64,000 bases of DNA from Candidatus Woesearchaeota archaeon (GTDB lineage Archaea; Nanobdellota; Nanobdellia; Pacearchaeales; GW2011-AR1): assembly GCA_964651965.1 (NCBI GenBank), contig CAZYZS010000002.1, positions 17,164-81,163 on the forward strand. The letters run 5' to 3'. The notes under the pieces are model-generated. The model was not told the origin of the DNA, made no database searches, and worked only from the letters and a program-made list of their open reading frames with translations. Positions 36,827 to 46,720 of this stretch are shown in pieces (position 1 is the first letter of the stretch; every line of letters starts with the position of its first letter). A program made the translations under genes and the position numbers.

Positions 36827-38002
36827 ATGGTAAAAAGAGGCATAGTAAAGGTAGTTTTTGGTGGATGGTACCAAAGGACGACCCTACATCTTTCAGAAGT
36901 GTTTCATTTTTTTTCTGAAGGAACTTCGCTTGAGAATTTCCCAAAAGACCAACTGCTCGCGTATAGAGATAGCCTTAATCTCGTCTCTGCCCAGAGGGAA
37001 TTTGGTAATCTAGAGAAAATAAAAGCAATAACGAAAGAAGGTATTAAGATAACTTATTATGAGGATGGGCTTTATCTTCTTGAGATAGCTTCTTCGGATG
37101 TGAAGAAATCTAAACAAATATTAAGCGAATATTACGAGAAAAGATTCGCACCGGCTATAAATTATATTTTTTCATTAGGTGCCCCAACTCCGAAAATCCT
37201 TTCAAATATCAGATATCCTCATTCAATAATAGTTGAAGTACTCCAAGAAAACTCCAAGAGTTATTCAGTTGATCCACGATTTGGAAGAGTTTACAGCAAG
37301 ATTTCTTATAGAGATTTTACAGTTTCCAAGACTAAAGATTATATTTTTATAGTTCTGCCTGAAAGAAAACAGGAATTTTTCGAGCCATTGAATGAAATGC
37401 AGATTTTCTTCAGGGAGTTTAAGCAGCAACTCTGGAAATATCTGAGGATACATCGAAAAGTCTGGGAAGAGATTGATAGGGTAATTGAAACTGGCAAGAT
37501 AAGAGGGAAAGAAATAAGCGAGAGATTGGGCAAGCTGCGAAGTTATCGAAGGACAGTAGGCCTGATACGTAATAGGATTAATCAGATGGACACTTATGTT
37601 AATACAAGATCTTCTCTTTCAAAATACCTTAAAGTTGATGAGCCCTTCAGAGTGCTGTTCGAATATCGCTTTGAAGACCTAACAAATACGCTAGGTTACA
37701 TTAAGGAACTATGGTCCGCAACAATAGATTATGTAGACTCTGCAATCTCTACTTTGCAGGATTTAGAAAACAGCGCAAGTGAAAGGAATCTAGAGTCAAT
37801 TAAAATCATCGCAAGCGTAGGTGTCATTTCTTTAGTTTTGGGATATCTCGCAGCAGAAAACTACCCAGCAGTCACTTTAGTGGGAGTTATCTCCCTTCTA
37901 GGATTTGCAGTTGCTGCATGGCTAATCGATTTTATAATAAAACTCTTTGCAGAAAACAGAAATTACGAAATAGTCTTTGACGAATTAGAGACAAGTTTAT
38001 AA
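36827..38002 (+). CDS. protein with a roughly 320-aa soluble N-domain and two C-terminal TM helices (CorA-like or 2TM-effector-like topology); function unknown
   Basis: TM1 SIKIIASVGVISLVLGYLAA and TM2 VTLVGVISLLGFAVAAWLIDFII. No GMN motif. Confidence 0.45.
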   Translation: MVKRGIVKVVFGGWYQRTTLHLSEVFHFFSEGTSLENFPKDQLLAYRDSLNLVSAQREFGNLEKIKAITKEGIKITYYEDGLYLLEIASSDVKKSKQILSEYYEKRFAPAINYIFSLGAPTPKILSNIRYPHSIIVEVLQENSKSYSVDPRFGRVYSKISYRDFTVSKTKDYIFIVLPERKQEFFEPLNEMQIFFREFKQQLWKYLRIHRKVWEEIDRVIETGKIRGKEISERLGKLRSYRRTVGLIRNRINQMDTYVNTRSSLSKYLKVDEPFRVLFEYRFEDLTNTLGYIKELWSATIDYVDSAISTLQDLENSASERNLESIKIIASVGVISLVLGYLAAENYPAVTLVGVISLLGFAVAAWLIDFIIKLFAENRNYEIVFDELETSL

Positions 38003-38056
38003 TTTTTCTAACGAATCCCAAACATTTAAAAAAGTCTAAAATGTACCTTTAATTAT

Positions 38057-38088
38057 GCGCTGGTAGTATAGTGGTTAGTAATAATAGC
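38057..38088 (+). pseudogene. orphan tRNA 5'-half-like fragment, a degenerate copy of tRNA-Gly positions 1-31
   Basis: GCGCTGGTAGTATAGTGGTTAGTAATAATAGC compared with the downstream GCGTGGGTAGTATAACGGCTCAGTACAATAGC. Confidence 0.35.
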
Positions 38089-38120
38089 AAGGTTTATAAA
38101 TAAAAAAGCTCTTAGAGATA

Positions 38121-38963
38121 ATGTCCTATTTTATAAAACTTGACGCTAAAGAGAGAAAAATCCTTATTCAGGAAGCAAAAGCTAACTCTTCTAAAAATTA
38201 TTGCGAATTTGCTAAAATTTTGGGGGTAAGCCGAGATATGGTTTTTAAATATTCCCGAGGAGATTACTTACTACCTAAAGAAATGTTCTATAAACTAATT
38301 GGGTTGTCTAAGCAGCATCCCAAAAGATATAAGATACTTAAAAAAGAGAAATATAATCGGAAGATTTTTACAATACCCAGTTTAAATGAAGACCTGGCAG
38401 AAATTTTTGGCGTTTTAAATGGAGATGGCCATCTAAGCAGGATAAATCACGAAATATCAGTAATCGGAAATGTTAAAACAGATGAGGTTTATTTTAGATA
38501 CCTCCAAAAGAAGTTTAAAAAAGTTTTTGGAATAGCATTTAAGGTAGAAAAATTTGAACGCTGTCTCAAGTTAAGGGCTTACTCTGTAGATTTAGTCAAC
38601 TGGCTTCACGAGGCCCATAATTTACCAAAAGGCAAGAAAAAAGGAAGTCTGACTATCCCCCCCGCTATTTTAGATAGTAACCTCCTTCTAACCTCTTATT
38701 TTAGAGGGCTATTTGATACAGATGGAACATTCTACACAAGGAGAATAAATGAGCCGGTTATTGAAATCTCAAGTGCAGACAAAAATTATCTGATGCAGAT
38801 TAAAGAAGGCCTTTCTTTTTTGGGATTCAACGTAGGTCTTGGAGAACATCGGGCGTTTATATACAACAGGAAAGAAATCAAAAAATTCTTTACTTATATA
38901 GAACCGGCCAATCCCAAACATTTAAAAAAGTTCATATTTTACAATAAAGATATGCGTGGGTAG
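38121..38963 (+). mobile_element. LAGLIDADG homing endonuclease (two-motif, single-chain) with an N-terminal HTH
   Basis: LAEIFGVLNGDGHL and YFRGLFDTDGTF motifs. The stop codon lies inside the tRNA-Gly acceptor stem. Confidence 0.75.
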
Positions 38964-39026
38964 TATAACGGCTCAGTACAATAGCCTTCCAAGCTATTTA
39001 TCCGGGTTCGAATCCCGGCCCGCGCA
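38954..39026 (+). tRNA. tRNA-Gly(TCC)
   Basis: GCGTGGG-TA-GTAT...ATAGC-CTTCCAA-GCTAT-...CCGGG-TTCGAAT-CCCGG-CCCGCGC-A. Confidence 0.8.
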
Positions 39027-39079
39027 TATAAAAAGCCTTATAAACCGATTATTTCTTGTTGAAATAACGAATATCCAAA

Positions 39080-39973
39080 ATGGAAGAAACACAAAAAACA
39101 GAAAAACAATCTTGGTATAATAAATGGTACAAGGTTTTATTTGTAATACCCATAATAATAATGGTTCTTTCTTTAATTTATTTGGGGATGTTTTATTCTA
39201 AACACAAGGATATTATGTATAGGGATGTTTCTCTTTCAGGAGGGACAACTATTACCTTAAAAGGAGATGTAGATTCGGCAGATTTTGAGAGCTCATTGAA
39301 ACAAAATTTTCCAGATGTTAGTTTTAGAAGATTAACTAACTTAAGGACAGGCGAGCCAATAGCTCTTATGATAGAAAGCTCATCTTCCCCAGAGGTGCTG
39401 AAGTCGGCAGTAGAATCTGAACTCGGCTATAATTTGACTTCTGATAATTCAAGCGTAGAGTTTACTGGAGCAACTTTAAGCCAGGGTTTTTATAAGCAGT
39501 TGATTTATGCTCTCATTGCCTCTTTTATACTAATGGCGATAGTTATCTTTATTCTCTTCAGGACTTTTATTCCAGGTGCAGCAGTTCTTTTTGCAGTATT
39601 TTCAGATTTAGTTATAACCCTTGCAGTAGTAGACTATTTTGGAATCAAGCTTTCAGCAGCAGGCATAGCCGCTTTTCTTATGCTAATAGGTTATGCTGTA
39701 GATGATAACATTCTGTTAACAACCCGCGCTCTTAAGAAAAAAGAAGGCCCACTCAACAAAAGACTTTATGGGGCATTTAAAACCGGTATTTTAATGACTG
39801 GAACTGCTTTAGCAGCAATCATTCCTGTTTTGCTCTTGATGGGCACCCTGCCAGACTCTTTCAAACAGATTTTTTTAATCCTCGCTCTTGGCTTGGTTGC
39901 GGACCTATTCAACACTTGGCTCACAAACGTGGGGATAATTAAATGGTATTGTGATAAAAAACACATAGATTAA
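39080..39973 (+). CDS. secF: protein-export membrane protein SecF
   Basis: Six-TM SecDF-family topology and position just upstream of secD. Confidence 0.75.
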   Translation: MEETQKTEKQSWYNKWYKVLFVIPIIIMVLSLIYLGMFYSKHKDIMYRDVSLSGGTTITLKGDVDSADFESSLKQNFPDVSFRRLTNLRTGEPIALMIESSSSPEVLKSAVESELGYNLTSDNSSVEFTGATLSQGFYKQLIYALIASFILMAIVIFILFRTFIPGAAVLFAVFSDLVITLAVVDYFGIKLSAAGIAAFLMLIGYAVDDNILLTTRALKKKEGPLNKRLYGAFKTGILMTGTALAAIIPVLLLMGTLPDSFKQIFLILALGLVADLFNTWLTNVGIIKWYCDKKHID

Positions 39974-39975
39974 AA

Positions 39976-41487
39976 ATGGCTAGATTTACAATAAGAATTT
40001 GGATTTTGATCGTTGCACTAGTCCTGGCCCTTCTAATAATAAAACCTAATTTTGAGTCAGGCCTTATTATAAAATCTGTGGATTCCAATTCAACTGCTTT
40101 TGAATCAGGCCTACGTTCTGGGCAGATAATAAAGTCCATAGATGGCCAGGAAATAAAATCCATGGAAGATTTTTCAAAAGCGCTTGAAAAGTTTCCAACA
40201 GAAGAGAAAACGAAACTGATAATCACCACCAAAGATCAAACTCATACTTTATTTACTAACGAAACCCCTCAAATAACCGTTGATAAAATACCTTCTACAA
40301 GCGTAAAATTTGGGCTGGACATTGCGGGAGGCTCTAGGGCCCTGGTAAAGCCAGAAGCGCAGCTCTCCACTTCCGAGCTCAACGACCTTATCGCAGTAAC
40401 CACTGAGCGCTTGAATGTCTACGGACTGACAGATATAATCATTAGACCTACTTCAGATTTATCAGGCAATAATTATATGTTGATTGAGATAGCTGGAGCA
40501 AATCCTTCAGAACTGGAGGAATTGGTTGCAAAACAGGGCAAGTTTGAAGCAAAGATAGGAAATGAAACAGTCTTTATTGGAGGAGAAAAAGACATAGCTT
40601 CAGTATGCAGAAACGACGCCTCTTGCTCGGGAATAGAAGCTTGTTATGCTGTTGAAGGGGGGCAATTATGCAGATTCCGATTCGTGGTGCACTTAAGTGA
40701 AGAAGCAGCTAAAAAGCATGCAGATATAACTTCTAAACTTGGAGTTAATGCTACAGGAGAAGGAAGATATCTTGATCAAAAGCTGGACCTTTATCTAGAT
40801 GACAAATTAGTAGATTCTCTTTTTATAAGCGAGGACTTAAAAGGCAGGGTCACTACCCAAATACAGATTCAGGGTTCAGGCACTGGTGCATCGCGAGAAG
40901 ATGCATTTAATGCTGCTCAAAAGAGTATGCAGAAACTGCAGACTGTTTTAATAACTGGCAGCTTGCCTTATAAATTAGAGATTGCCAAGTTGGATACAAT
41001 TTCTCCTTCTTTAGGCAAAGAATTCACAGGAAATATTTTAGTTCTAGGGTTAGTGGTTTTTATTGCAGTCTCTGTAGTGCTTTTCGTAAAATATAGAAGA
41101 ATAAAAATAACTTCTGCTGTAATTTTGACCATGTTTTCTGAAGCATTTTTAACCCTTGGCATAGCCGCATTAATAAGGTGGAATCTGGATGCTCCAAGCA
41201 TAGCAGGCATTATTGCGGGCATGGGAACAGGAGTGAATGACCAGATAGTTATAATTGATGAGTCTGTATCCGCAGGTTCTTCTAGCATTAAAGAAAGGAT
41301 AAAAAGAGCTTTGTTCATAATAGTTGGAGCTTTTTTTACAATAATTGCTGCAATGCTCCCATTATTCTGGGCAGGAGCAGGATTATTAAGGGGATTTGCC
41401 TTAACTACTATCATCTCGGTTTCAGTCGGCATCTTAATAACCCGTCCAGCTTTTGCAGATATGATAAAAAAAATACAGCAATCGTAA
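39976..41487 (+). CDS. secD: protein-export membrane protein SecD
   Basis: Large periplasmic-like domain plus a C-terminal six-TM SecD core (LFWAGAGLLRGFALTTII). Confidence 0.75.
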   Translation: MARFTIRIWILIVALVLALLIIKPNFESGLIIKSVDSNSTAFESGLRSGQIIKSIDGQEIKSMEDFSKALEKFPTEEKTKLIITTKDQTHTLFTNETPQITVDKIPSTSVKFGLDIAGGSRALVKPEAQLSTSELNDLIAVTTERLNVYGLTDIIIRPTSDLSGNNYMLIEIAGANPSELEELVAKQGKFEAKIGNETVFIGGEKDIASVCRNDASCSGIEACYAVEGGQLCRFRFVVHLSEEAAKKHADITSKLGVNATGEGRYLDQKLDLYLDDKLVDSLFISEDLKGRVTTQIQIQGSGTGASREDAFNAAQKSMQKLQTVLITGSLPYKLEIAKLDTISPSLGKEFTGNILVLGLVVFIAVSVVLFVKYRRIKITSAVILTMFSEAFLTLGIAALIRWNLDAPSIAGIIAGMGTGVNDQIVIIDESVSAGSSSIKERIKRALFIIVGAFFTIIAAMLPLFWAGAGLLRGFALTTIISVSVGILITRPAFADMIKKIQQS

Positions 41488-41503
41488 AATTTGAAAAAAG
41501 AGA

Positions 41504-41950
41504 ATGCTACCGCAAACCCATATCCTGCTGGGATTCTTATTTTCTGTAATTGTCTTGGCCGTCTTTGATGTGTCTTTGATTTCTGCCTTCTTGATTTTCT
41601 TATCCTCTTTTTTGATAGACCTTGATCACTATGCTTACGGCGTTTACAAGAAAAAAACTCTGAATTTTAGAAAGATATGCTCTTTTTTTATAGAGCATAG
41701 GGTGCAATGGCGAAAATTATCTCTTGCCGAAAAGAAGAAAAGCAAATTCCCTATATTGGTATTTCACGGTTTTGAGTTATTCTTAGTGATTCTTTTGTTA
41801 TCTTTTTGGTTCCATTTTTTTATATTTATCTTTCTGGGATGTCTCTTTCATATGTTTTTAGACTACATAGATATTTTTTTAAATAAAGACCCCCTTTATG
41901 TAAAATTATCTCCTGTTTACGTATATCTGAACAACAAGAATAAAAAATAA
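41504..41950 (+). CDS. membrane protein (DUF457-like putative metal-dependent hydrolase)
   Basis: TM helices with DLDHYAYG and HGFE motifs. Confidence 0.35.
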   Translation: MLPQTHILLGFLFSVIVLAVFDVSLISAFLIFLSSFLIDLDHYAYGVYKKKTLNFRKICSFFIEHRVQWRKLSLAEKKKSKFPILVFHGFELFLVILLLSFWFHFFIFIFLGCLFHMFLDYIDIFLNKDPLYVKLSPVYVYLNNKNKK

Positions 41951-41995
41951 TTAAGCTACGTAAACATTAAAAACAACAAAACAGGCATATTAGCT

Positions 41996-43507
41996 ATGAA
42001 AGCCGCCTTAAAAAAAAGTATAGTCAAAAATTCTTTTTGGAGTTTTTGGACTTCTTTTGTAAACAGAGTTGGAGCGTTAGTATTTACAATAATTCTTACG
42101 CGTTTTCTTTTGCCAGAGGGTTTTGGAATCTATTCTATTGTTCTTTCAATAGCAATGATCTTTTACACTTTTACAGAGCTCGGGACAAACAATGCTCTTA
42201 AACGATATGTTTCTTATGCCTTGTCAAGGGAACGTAAAAAAGTTTATTCTTATTATAGTTATCTATTAAGAATCAAATTAACTTTAGCCTTTATAACTTC
42301 CTGCTTTGTTTTTTTGTTGGCTTATCCCATTTCTTATTATATTTTCAAAAATACAGCCCTCTTTGTCCCTCTTTTAGTATCTTCTTTATACATCTTTATA
42401 ATGGCAATAGAGAGTTTTTATGCGAGTATTTTTTATTCAATAGAAAAAACAGAGTTCACCACCCTAAGATATGCCCTGGAACAGATACTCCGCATAGGCT
42501 TTGCCGTTGGAATTTTTATTTTTGTGGCGTCATCAAGCCAGGTAGCTGGCCTTTTTATCACTTTCACCCTTGTTTCATCAATCCTGCTTTTTATGAATCT
42601 TTTTTACCTGAAAAAACTTAGCCCGATAATTTTCATAAAGAACTCTGCAGAAATAGACAAAAGGAGGATAAGAAAATTCATAAATTTTCTTATAATCGCC
42701 TCGGTATCCGGGGTCTTTTTTACATATGTAGATTCTATCCTTCTGGGATTTTTTCTTGAGCCCCAATATGTAGGGTATTATCGTGCAGCTTATTCCCTTG
42801 TACTAGGAGTTGCAGGGATACTTTCATTTTCAACTCCGGTCTTACTTCCTTTTTTTACAAAAATAAACAAGAAAGGAGTTAAATTTCTATTTAATGAGTC
42901 TTTCAGGCTGCTTTCGATAATCCTAGTGCCTTCTGTGTTTGGCTTAATTATCCTTGGAAGATTTTTTGTACGAATGTTTTTCGGTTATCCATTCCTGCCT
43001 TCTGTTGTATCTTTGCACATCCTTTCTTTTTTGGTCTTCCCAGTTGTTTTCATAAATATGTTCTTATCTCTCTTTTCAGCCAAAGAAAAAACAAATATAT
43101 CGGCAAAGCTGATTATATGCACATCTGTCCTGAATGTTGTCTTAAACCTCGTATTTATCTTACTTTTTTTACGCATCTCCCCAATTTTTGCGACCGTAGG
43201 AGCCGCATTAGCAACCACCATAAGCTGGTTCTTTTATTTTATCGGTTTTGTATATGAGTCTAAGAGAAATATGGGCATAACTGTTCCATTTAAATCCCTG
43301 AGCAAGCCCTTCTTTTCTTCTATTATTATGTCTATATTTTTAATTATAGCGACTAGCCTGATAAAAGATATGAACCTTTTTCTGGGAATTTTCGTGGTCC
43401 TAGCCGCAGCAGCAGTTTATCTTATAGTCTTGATTATGCTTAAAGGAATTACAATAAAAGATTTAAACCTACTAAAAATCCTTGTTAGTAATGAAAAAAC
43501 TCGCTAA
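41996..43507 (+). CDS. polysaccharide biosynthesis protein / Wzx-like flippase (MOP superfamily)
   Basis: 503 aa with about 12-14 TM helices and a characteristic N-terminus. Confidence 0.7.
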   Translation: MKAALKKSIVKNSFWSFWTSFVNRVGALVFTIILTRFLLPEGFGIYSIVLSIAMIFYTFTELGTNNALKRYVSYALSRERKKVYSYYSYLLRIKLTLAFITSCFVFLLAYPISYYIFKNTALFVPLLVSSLYIFIMAIESFYASIFYSIEKTEFTTLRYALEQILRIGFAVGIFIFVASSSQVAGLFITFTLVSSILLFMNLFYLKKLSPIIFIKNSAEIDKRRIRKFINFLIIASVSGVFFTYVDSILLGFFLEPQYVGYYRAAYSLVLGVAGILSFSTPVLLPFFTKINKKGVKFLFNESFRLLSIILVPSVFGLIILGRFFVRMFFGYPFLPSVVSLHILSFLVFPVVFINMFLSLFSAKEKTNISAKLIICTSVLNVVLNLVFILLFLRISPIFATVGAALATTISWFFYFIGFVYESKRNMGITVPFKSLSKPFFSSIIMSIFLIIATSLIKDMNLFLGIFVVLAAAAVYLIVLIMLKGITIKDLNLLKILVSNEKTR

Positions 43508-43985
43508 GCTAAATCTAGGCTGCGGTAGGGACATTAAAAAGGATTTCATAAACGTAGATTACAAAAAATTCGATGGAGTAGACTTGGTTTATGATCTTAA
43601 TAAGATCCCTTATCCATTTAAAGACAATACTTTTGATGAGATACTACTAAGAAATATTTTAGAGCATCTTGAAAATCCATTAAGTATCTTGAAGGAAGTT
43701 CGCAGGATTTCAAAACCGCATGCAAAAATTTTTATTAAAGCGCCTCATTTTTCAAGCAACAATGCTTGGGGCGATATAGAGCATAAACGGCCCTTTTCTA
43801 GTCAGACCTTCAAAAACGAAAATATTTCTGGCTTTTTTCGTTTAATAAACCAGAGGATAACTTTTTCCCATTTTAGATTTTTTATGAGACCCATCGCAAA
43901 AATAAACCCCCTTTTTTATGAGAAACATCTGGCATTTATTTTCCCGGCAGTCGATGTAGAGGCAGAGCTCGAGGTTATAAAATGA
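43482..43985 (+). CDS. class I SAM-dependent methyltransferase
   Basis: LNLGCGRD...ILLRNILEHL. Confidence 0.65.
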   Translation: MLVMKKLAKLNLGCGRDIKKDFINVDYKKFDGVDLVYDLNKIPYPFKDNTFDEILLRNILEHLENPLSILKEVRRISKPHAKIFIKAPHFSSNNAWGDIEHKRPFSSQTFKNENISGFFRLINQRITFSHFRFFMRPIAKINPLFYEKHLAFIFPAVDVEAELEVIK

Positions 43986-45121
43986 AGCTAGGATACGGGT
44001 TAAGAAAAAACTTTATAGTAATAGAAAATCAGATAAAAAGAGCTTTTAGTTTGTGCCTATTTCTCTCTTGGCTTCTTTTCGACCCCAGCAAATTTAAAAA
44101 AATAAAACCAGAAAAAATAAAAAGTCTCCTCGTAGTTAATATGGGAAAAACAGTTGGCGACTTTTATCTGCTTCTTGGAATGTTAAATAAGCTTAATAAG
44201 AATTATCCAAGAGTAAGAATATATATGTTGTGTCTTGACAAAAATAAAAAATTTGTAAAAAATCCAAATATAAAAGTTTTATCCCTGTCAGAAGCAAAAA
44301 ACCTTATAAAAAAGAAAAAGATAGACTCTTTAATAAACTATACGGTTTTCTTGAAAAATATGCATTATACAAAAATTCCTTATAGAATGGGTCTTGATGA
44401 GGTAAACATCAAGGAAGTATTTAGAAAATGGCAGATGCCGGCTACAAGGAGAATATTCCCCTATAACAAAGGGATAATACGAATGTTCCTATCTTTCGAA
44501 AAACTAGGTTTCTACTTGAATAGGGAGCTTTATTTTTATTTCACAAAAGAATCAGAAAAATATGCAGAAGAATTTTATAAAAAATATAAAAAAGGTAAAG
44601 AAAAGATAATCTTTATTCACCCAGGGAGCGGAAAAGGGGCGAGATCTTCCCAAGAAAAGGGTATTTCTTCAGCTAGCTGGCCCTCTGAAAGATGGGCAAA
44701 GGTTGCAGATAGTTTAATAAAAAGATACAATTCAAAAATTGTTTTTACAGGAGTGGAAAATGAGAAACCCATAATTCAAGAGATTATCTCTAAAATAAAG
44801 AATAAGAAAAAGGCCTTAGATGCGCCTTCAAATTTATCAGTAGAGGAGGAAGCCTCTTTGCTTAAAAGAGGCGACTTATTGGTAACCATCGATACTGCAA
44901 CAGCCCATATAGGCGCCCAAGCAGGGATTCCTCTTATAGACCTATTTGGTCCCTACCAACCAATAATTGCCATGCCTTGGACAGATAAAAAGTCAATTCT
45001 TTTTCATTCAGAAGTCTGTAGCGGGTGCAAGAAAAATATATGCCCGGAAGGCTTTCCTCAATGCATGGAATCCATAACTGTAAAAGAGGTTCTAAGAGCG
45101 GCCTCTAATTATTTGAAATAA
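43982..45121 (+). CDS. glycosyltransferase family 9 (heptosyltransferase-like)
   Basis: IIFIHPGSGKGARS...WPSERWAKVADSL...TIDTATAHIGAQAGIPLIDLFGP. Confidence 0.7.
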   Translation: MKLGYGLRKNFIVIENQIKRAFSLCLFLSWLLFDPSKFKKIKPEKIKSLLVVNMGKTVGDFYLLLGMLNKLNKNYPRVRIYMLCLDKNKKFVKNPNIKVLSLSEAKNLIKKKKIDSLINYTVFLKNMHYTKIPYRMGLDEVNIKEVFRKWQMPATRRIFPYNKGIIRMFLSFEKLGFYLNRELYFYFTKESEKYAEEFYKKYKKGKEKIIFIHPGSGKGARSSQEKGISSASWPSERWAKVADSLIKRYNSKIVFTGVENEKPIIQEIISKIKNKKKALDAPSNLSVEEEASLLKRGDLLVTIDTATAHIGAQAGIPLIDLFGPYQPIIAMPWTDKKSILFHSEVCSGCKKNICPEGFPQCMESITVKEVLRAASNYLK

Positions 45122-45169
45122 TAATTTCTTGTACATAATCTTTAAAAATCCTAAAACAAAGAATATCTT

Positions 45170-46669
45170 ATGAGCCTAAAAATGGAGGAATTATCCCCCG
45201 ACTTAGCAGAAAAATATGCCTGTCAAGCAGGGGAAGAATTTGTACTGGCCATGAACGAAGGGAAGTTACTTTTTGATAGAATAGAACTTCTTTCAGAGTT
45301 AGCATTCCATCAAAATAAAAAAGTTTCTGACAAGGTGCTAGAACCTCTGTTTGGGACTCTTATACACGGATTAAGAAATAGCTTTAAAAAAAGAGAGGGA
45401 GACGCATATCTGAGAATTTTCCCTTATTTTGTTTTAGCCGCAAGGGAGCAGTCAGAAATAGTTAAAGATTGGTTTAAAAAAATGGAAATTTCAGAGTCAG
45501 ACCCCTTAGACGATCTCTACAAAAAGAGTCTCGAATTAAGGGCGCAGAAAAAACAGTTAACTCAGAGCGAAATCAACAAAATAAAAAAAATAATCATATT
45601 ATCAAGAGGCACCATCGGAGCAGAAATACTGGCGGCGGGAGTATTATTTCCTCCGCTAATAGAACATTTTAAGGAAGCAGAGCTAATATTTGTAGACTCT
45701 TGTGGGGCAGGTAATCAGATCTTTAACCATCCTAGAATAAAGCTAGTGGATAAATTTGTCAATAAAGATGGCGAGGAGTTAAGCTTGAAGTGGAGTAGAA
45801 AGAGCCTTCCAATTCTAGAGCGACTCGAATATCCTGCAATATTATCTGAGTTTATCTCTATCGAAACAAATAACCTTAGTCCAGAGGAATATATAATTAT
45901 AGATGCAGACACTCGCCTTTCGCAAACAGGCGCCATGCCGCTTTCAAAAAATAATCATTATTTTATAGATACGGTTGCAGAAAGGGATGATTATGAAGAT
46001 AATAGGAGTATCGCCACTATTTGCAGCGATTATATCGGTCAGCTCCTAAATGCTCCAAGTATTCATTATCCGCAAATTTATCTTTCAGAAGGGGATAAAA
46101 AAATTGCACAAGACACCTGGAACTGTTTGGGGTTTAATAGAAGAAAGATAGTACTGGTAAGCTTCACTTCGGGGTTTGAATCAAAGACGCTCTCACCTAA
46201 TTTTGAGAAGAGACTCATTAACAAATTAATCGAATTAGGGATTACACCTTTAATCGAAAGGTCTCCAGATATCAACGAGGACAAGAAAAATGTAGGGCTG
46301 GTTAATTACATGAAGGAAAATGGGAAAGAAGTAATTGAGATTGATTTGAACAAACCTTTAAATCTTTTAGACAACAAAACTGAAGCGGCTATTTATACTT
46401 TTCAATCAAAGGTAGGCCCTCTGGCTGCTCTAATCGAAAAAAGCAATCTGGTCATAAGCTATGACTCAAAAAATCAGCACATTTCAGCTGCACTTTCCAC
46501 CCCATTCATCACCATTTTCACCGGGCATATAAATAACCTTTTTTTAAAGCGCTGGACTCCTATCTCAAAAAATTTCTCCAGGATAGTTGAAGTACAGAAA
46601 AAAGGTAACTACGAAGATGAAGCACTAAAAAATACAGAGGCTTGCTTGAAAGAATTTTTTCGCCCCTAA
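45170..46669 (+). CDS. GT9-like C-terminal domain with a roughly 300-aa N-terminal extension
   Basis: The C-terminal part reads ...LAALIEKSNLVISYDSKNQHISAALSTPFITIFTGH. Confidence 0.45.
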   Translation: MSLKMEELSPDLAEKYACQAGEEFVLAMNEGKLLFDRIELLSELAFHQNKKVSDKVLEPLFGTLIHGLRNSFKKREGDAYLRIFPYFVLAAREQSEIVKDWFKKMEISESDPLDDLYKKSLELRAQKKQLTQSEINKIKKIIILSRGTIGAEILAAGVLFPPLIEHFKEAELIFVDSCGAGNQIFNHPRIKLVDKFVNKDGEELSLKWSRKSLPILERLEYPAILSEFISIETNNLSPEEYIIIDADTRLSQTGAMPLSKNNHYFIDTVAERDDYEDNRSIATICSDYIGQLLNAPSIHYPQIYLSEGDKKIAQDTWNCLGFNRRKIVLVSFTSGFESKTLSPNFEKRLINKLIELGITPLIERSPDINEDKKNVGLVNYMKENGKEVIEIDLNKPLNLLDNKTEAAIYTFQSKVGPLAALIEKSNLVISYDSKNQHISAALSTPFITIFTGHINNLFLKRWTPISKNFSRIVEVQKKGNYEDEALKNTEACLKEFFRP

Positions 46670-46720
46670 GACTGCCTTTTTAGAAAGGTTTTTATATTGT
46701 TTTAGGACTAACATATTAAA

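Noticed and set aside
36827-38002. Calling the two-TM protein a CorA Mg2+ transporter
   Set aside because: The topology is CorA-like, but the signature GMN motif at the end of TM1 is absent (sequence ...GYLAAENYPAV...). Only the architecture is reported.
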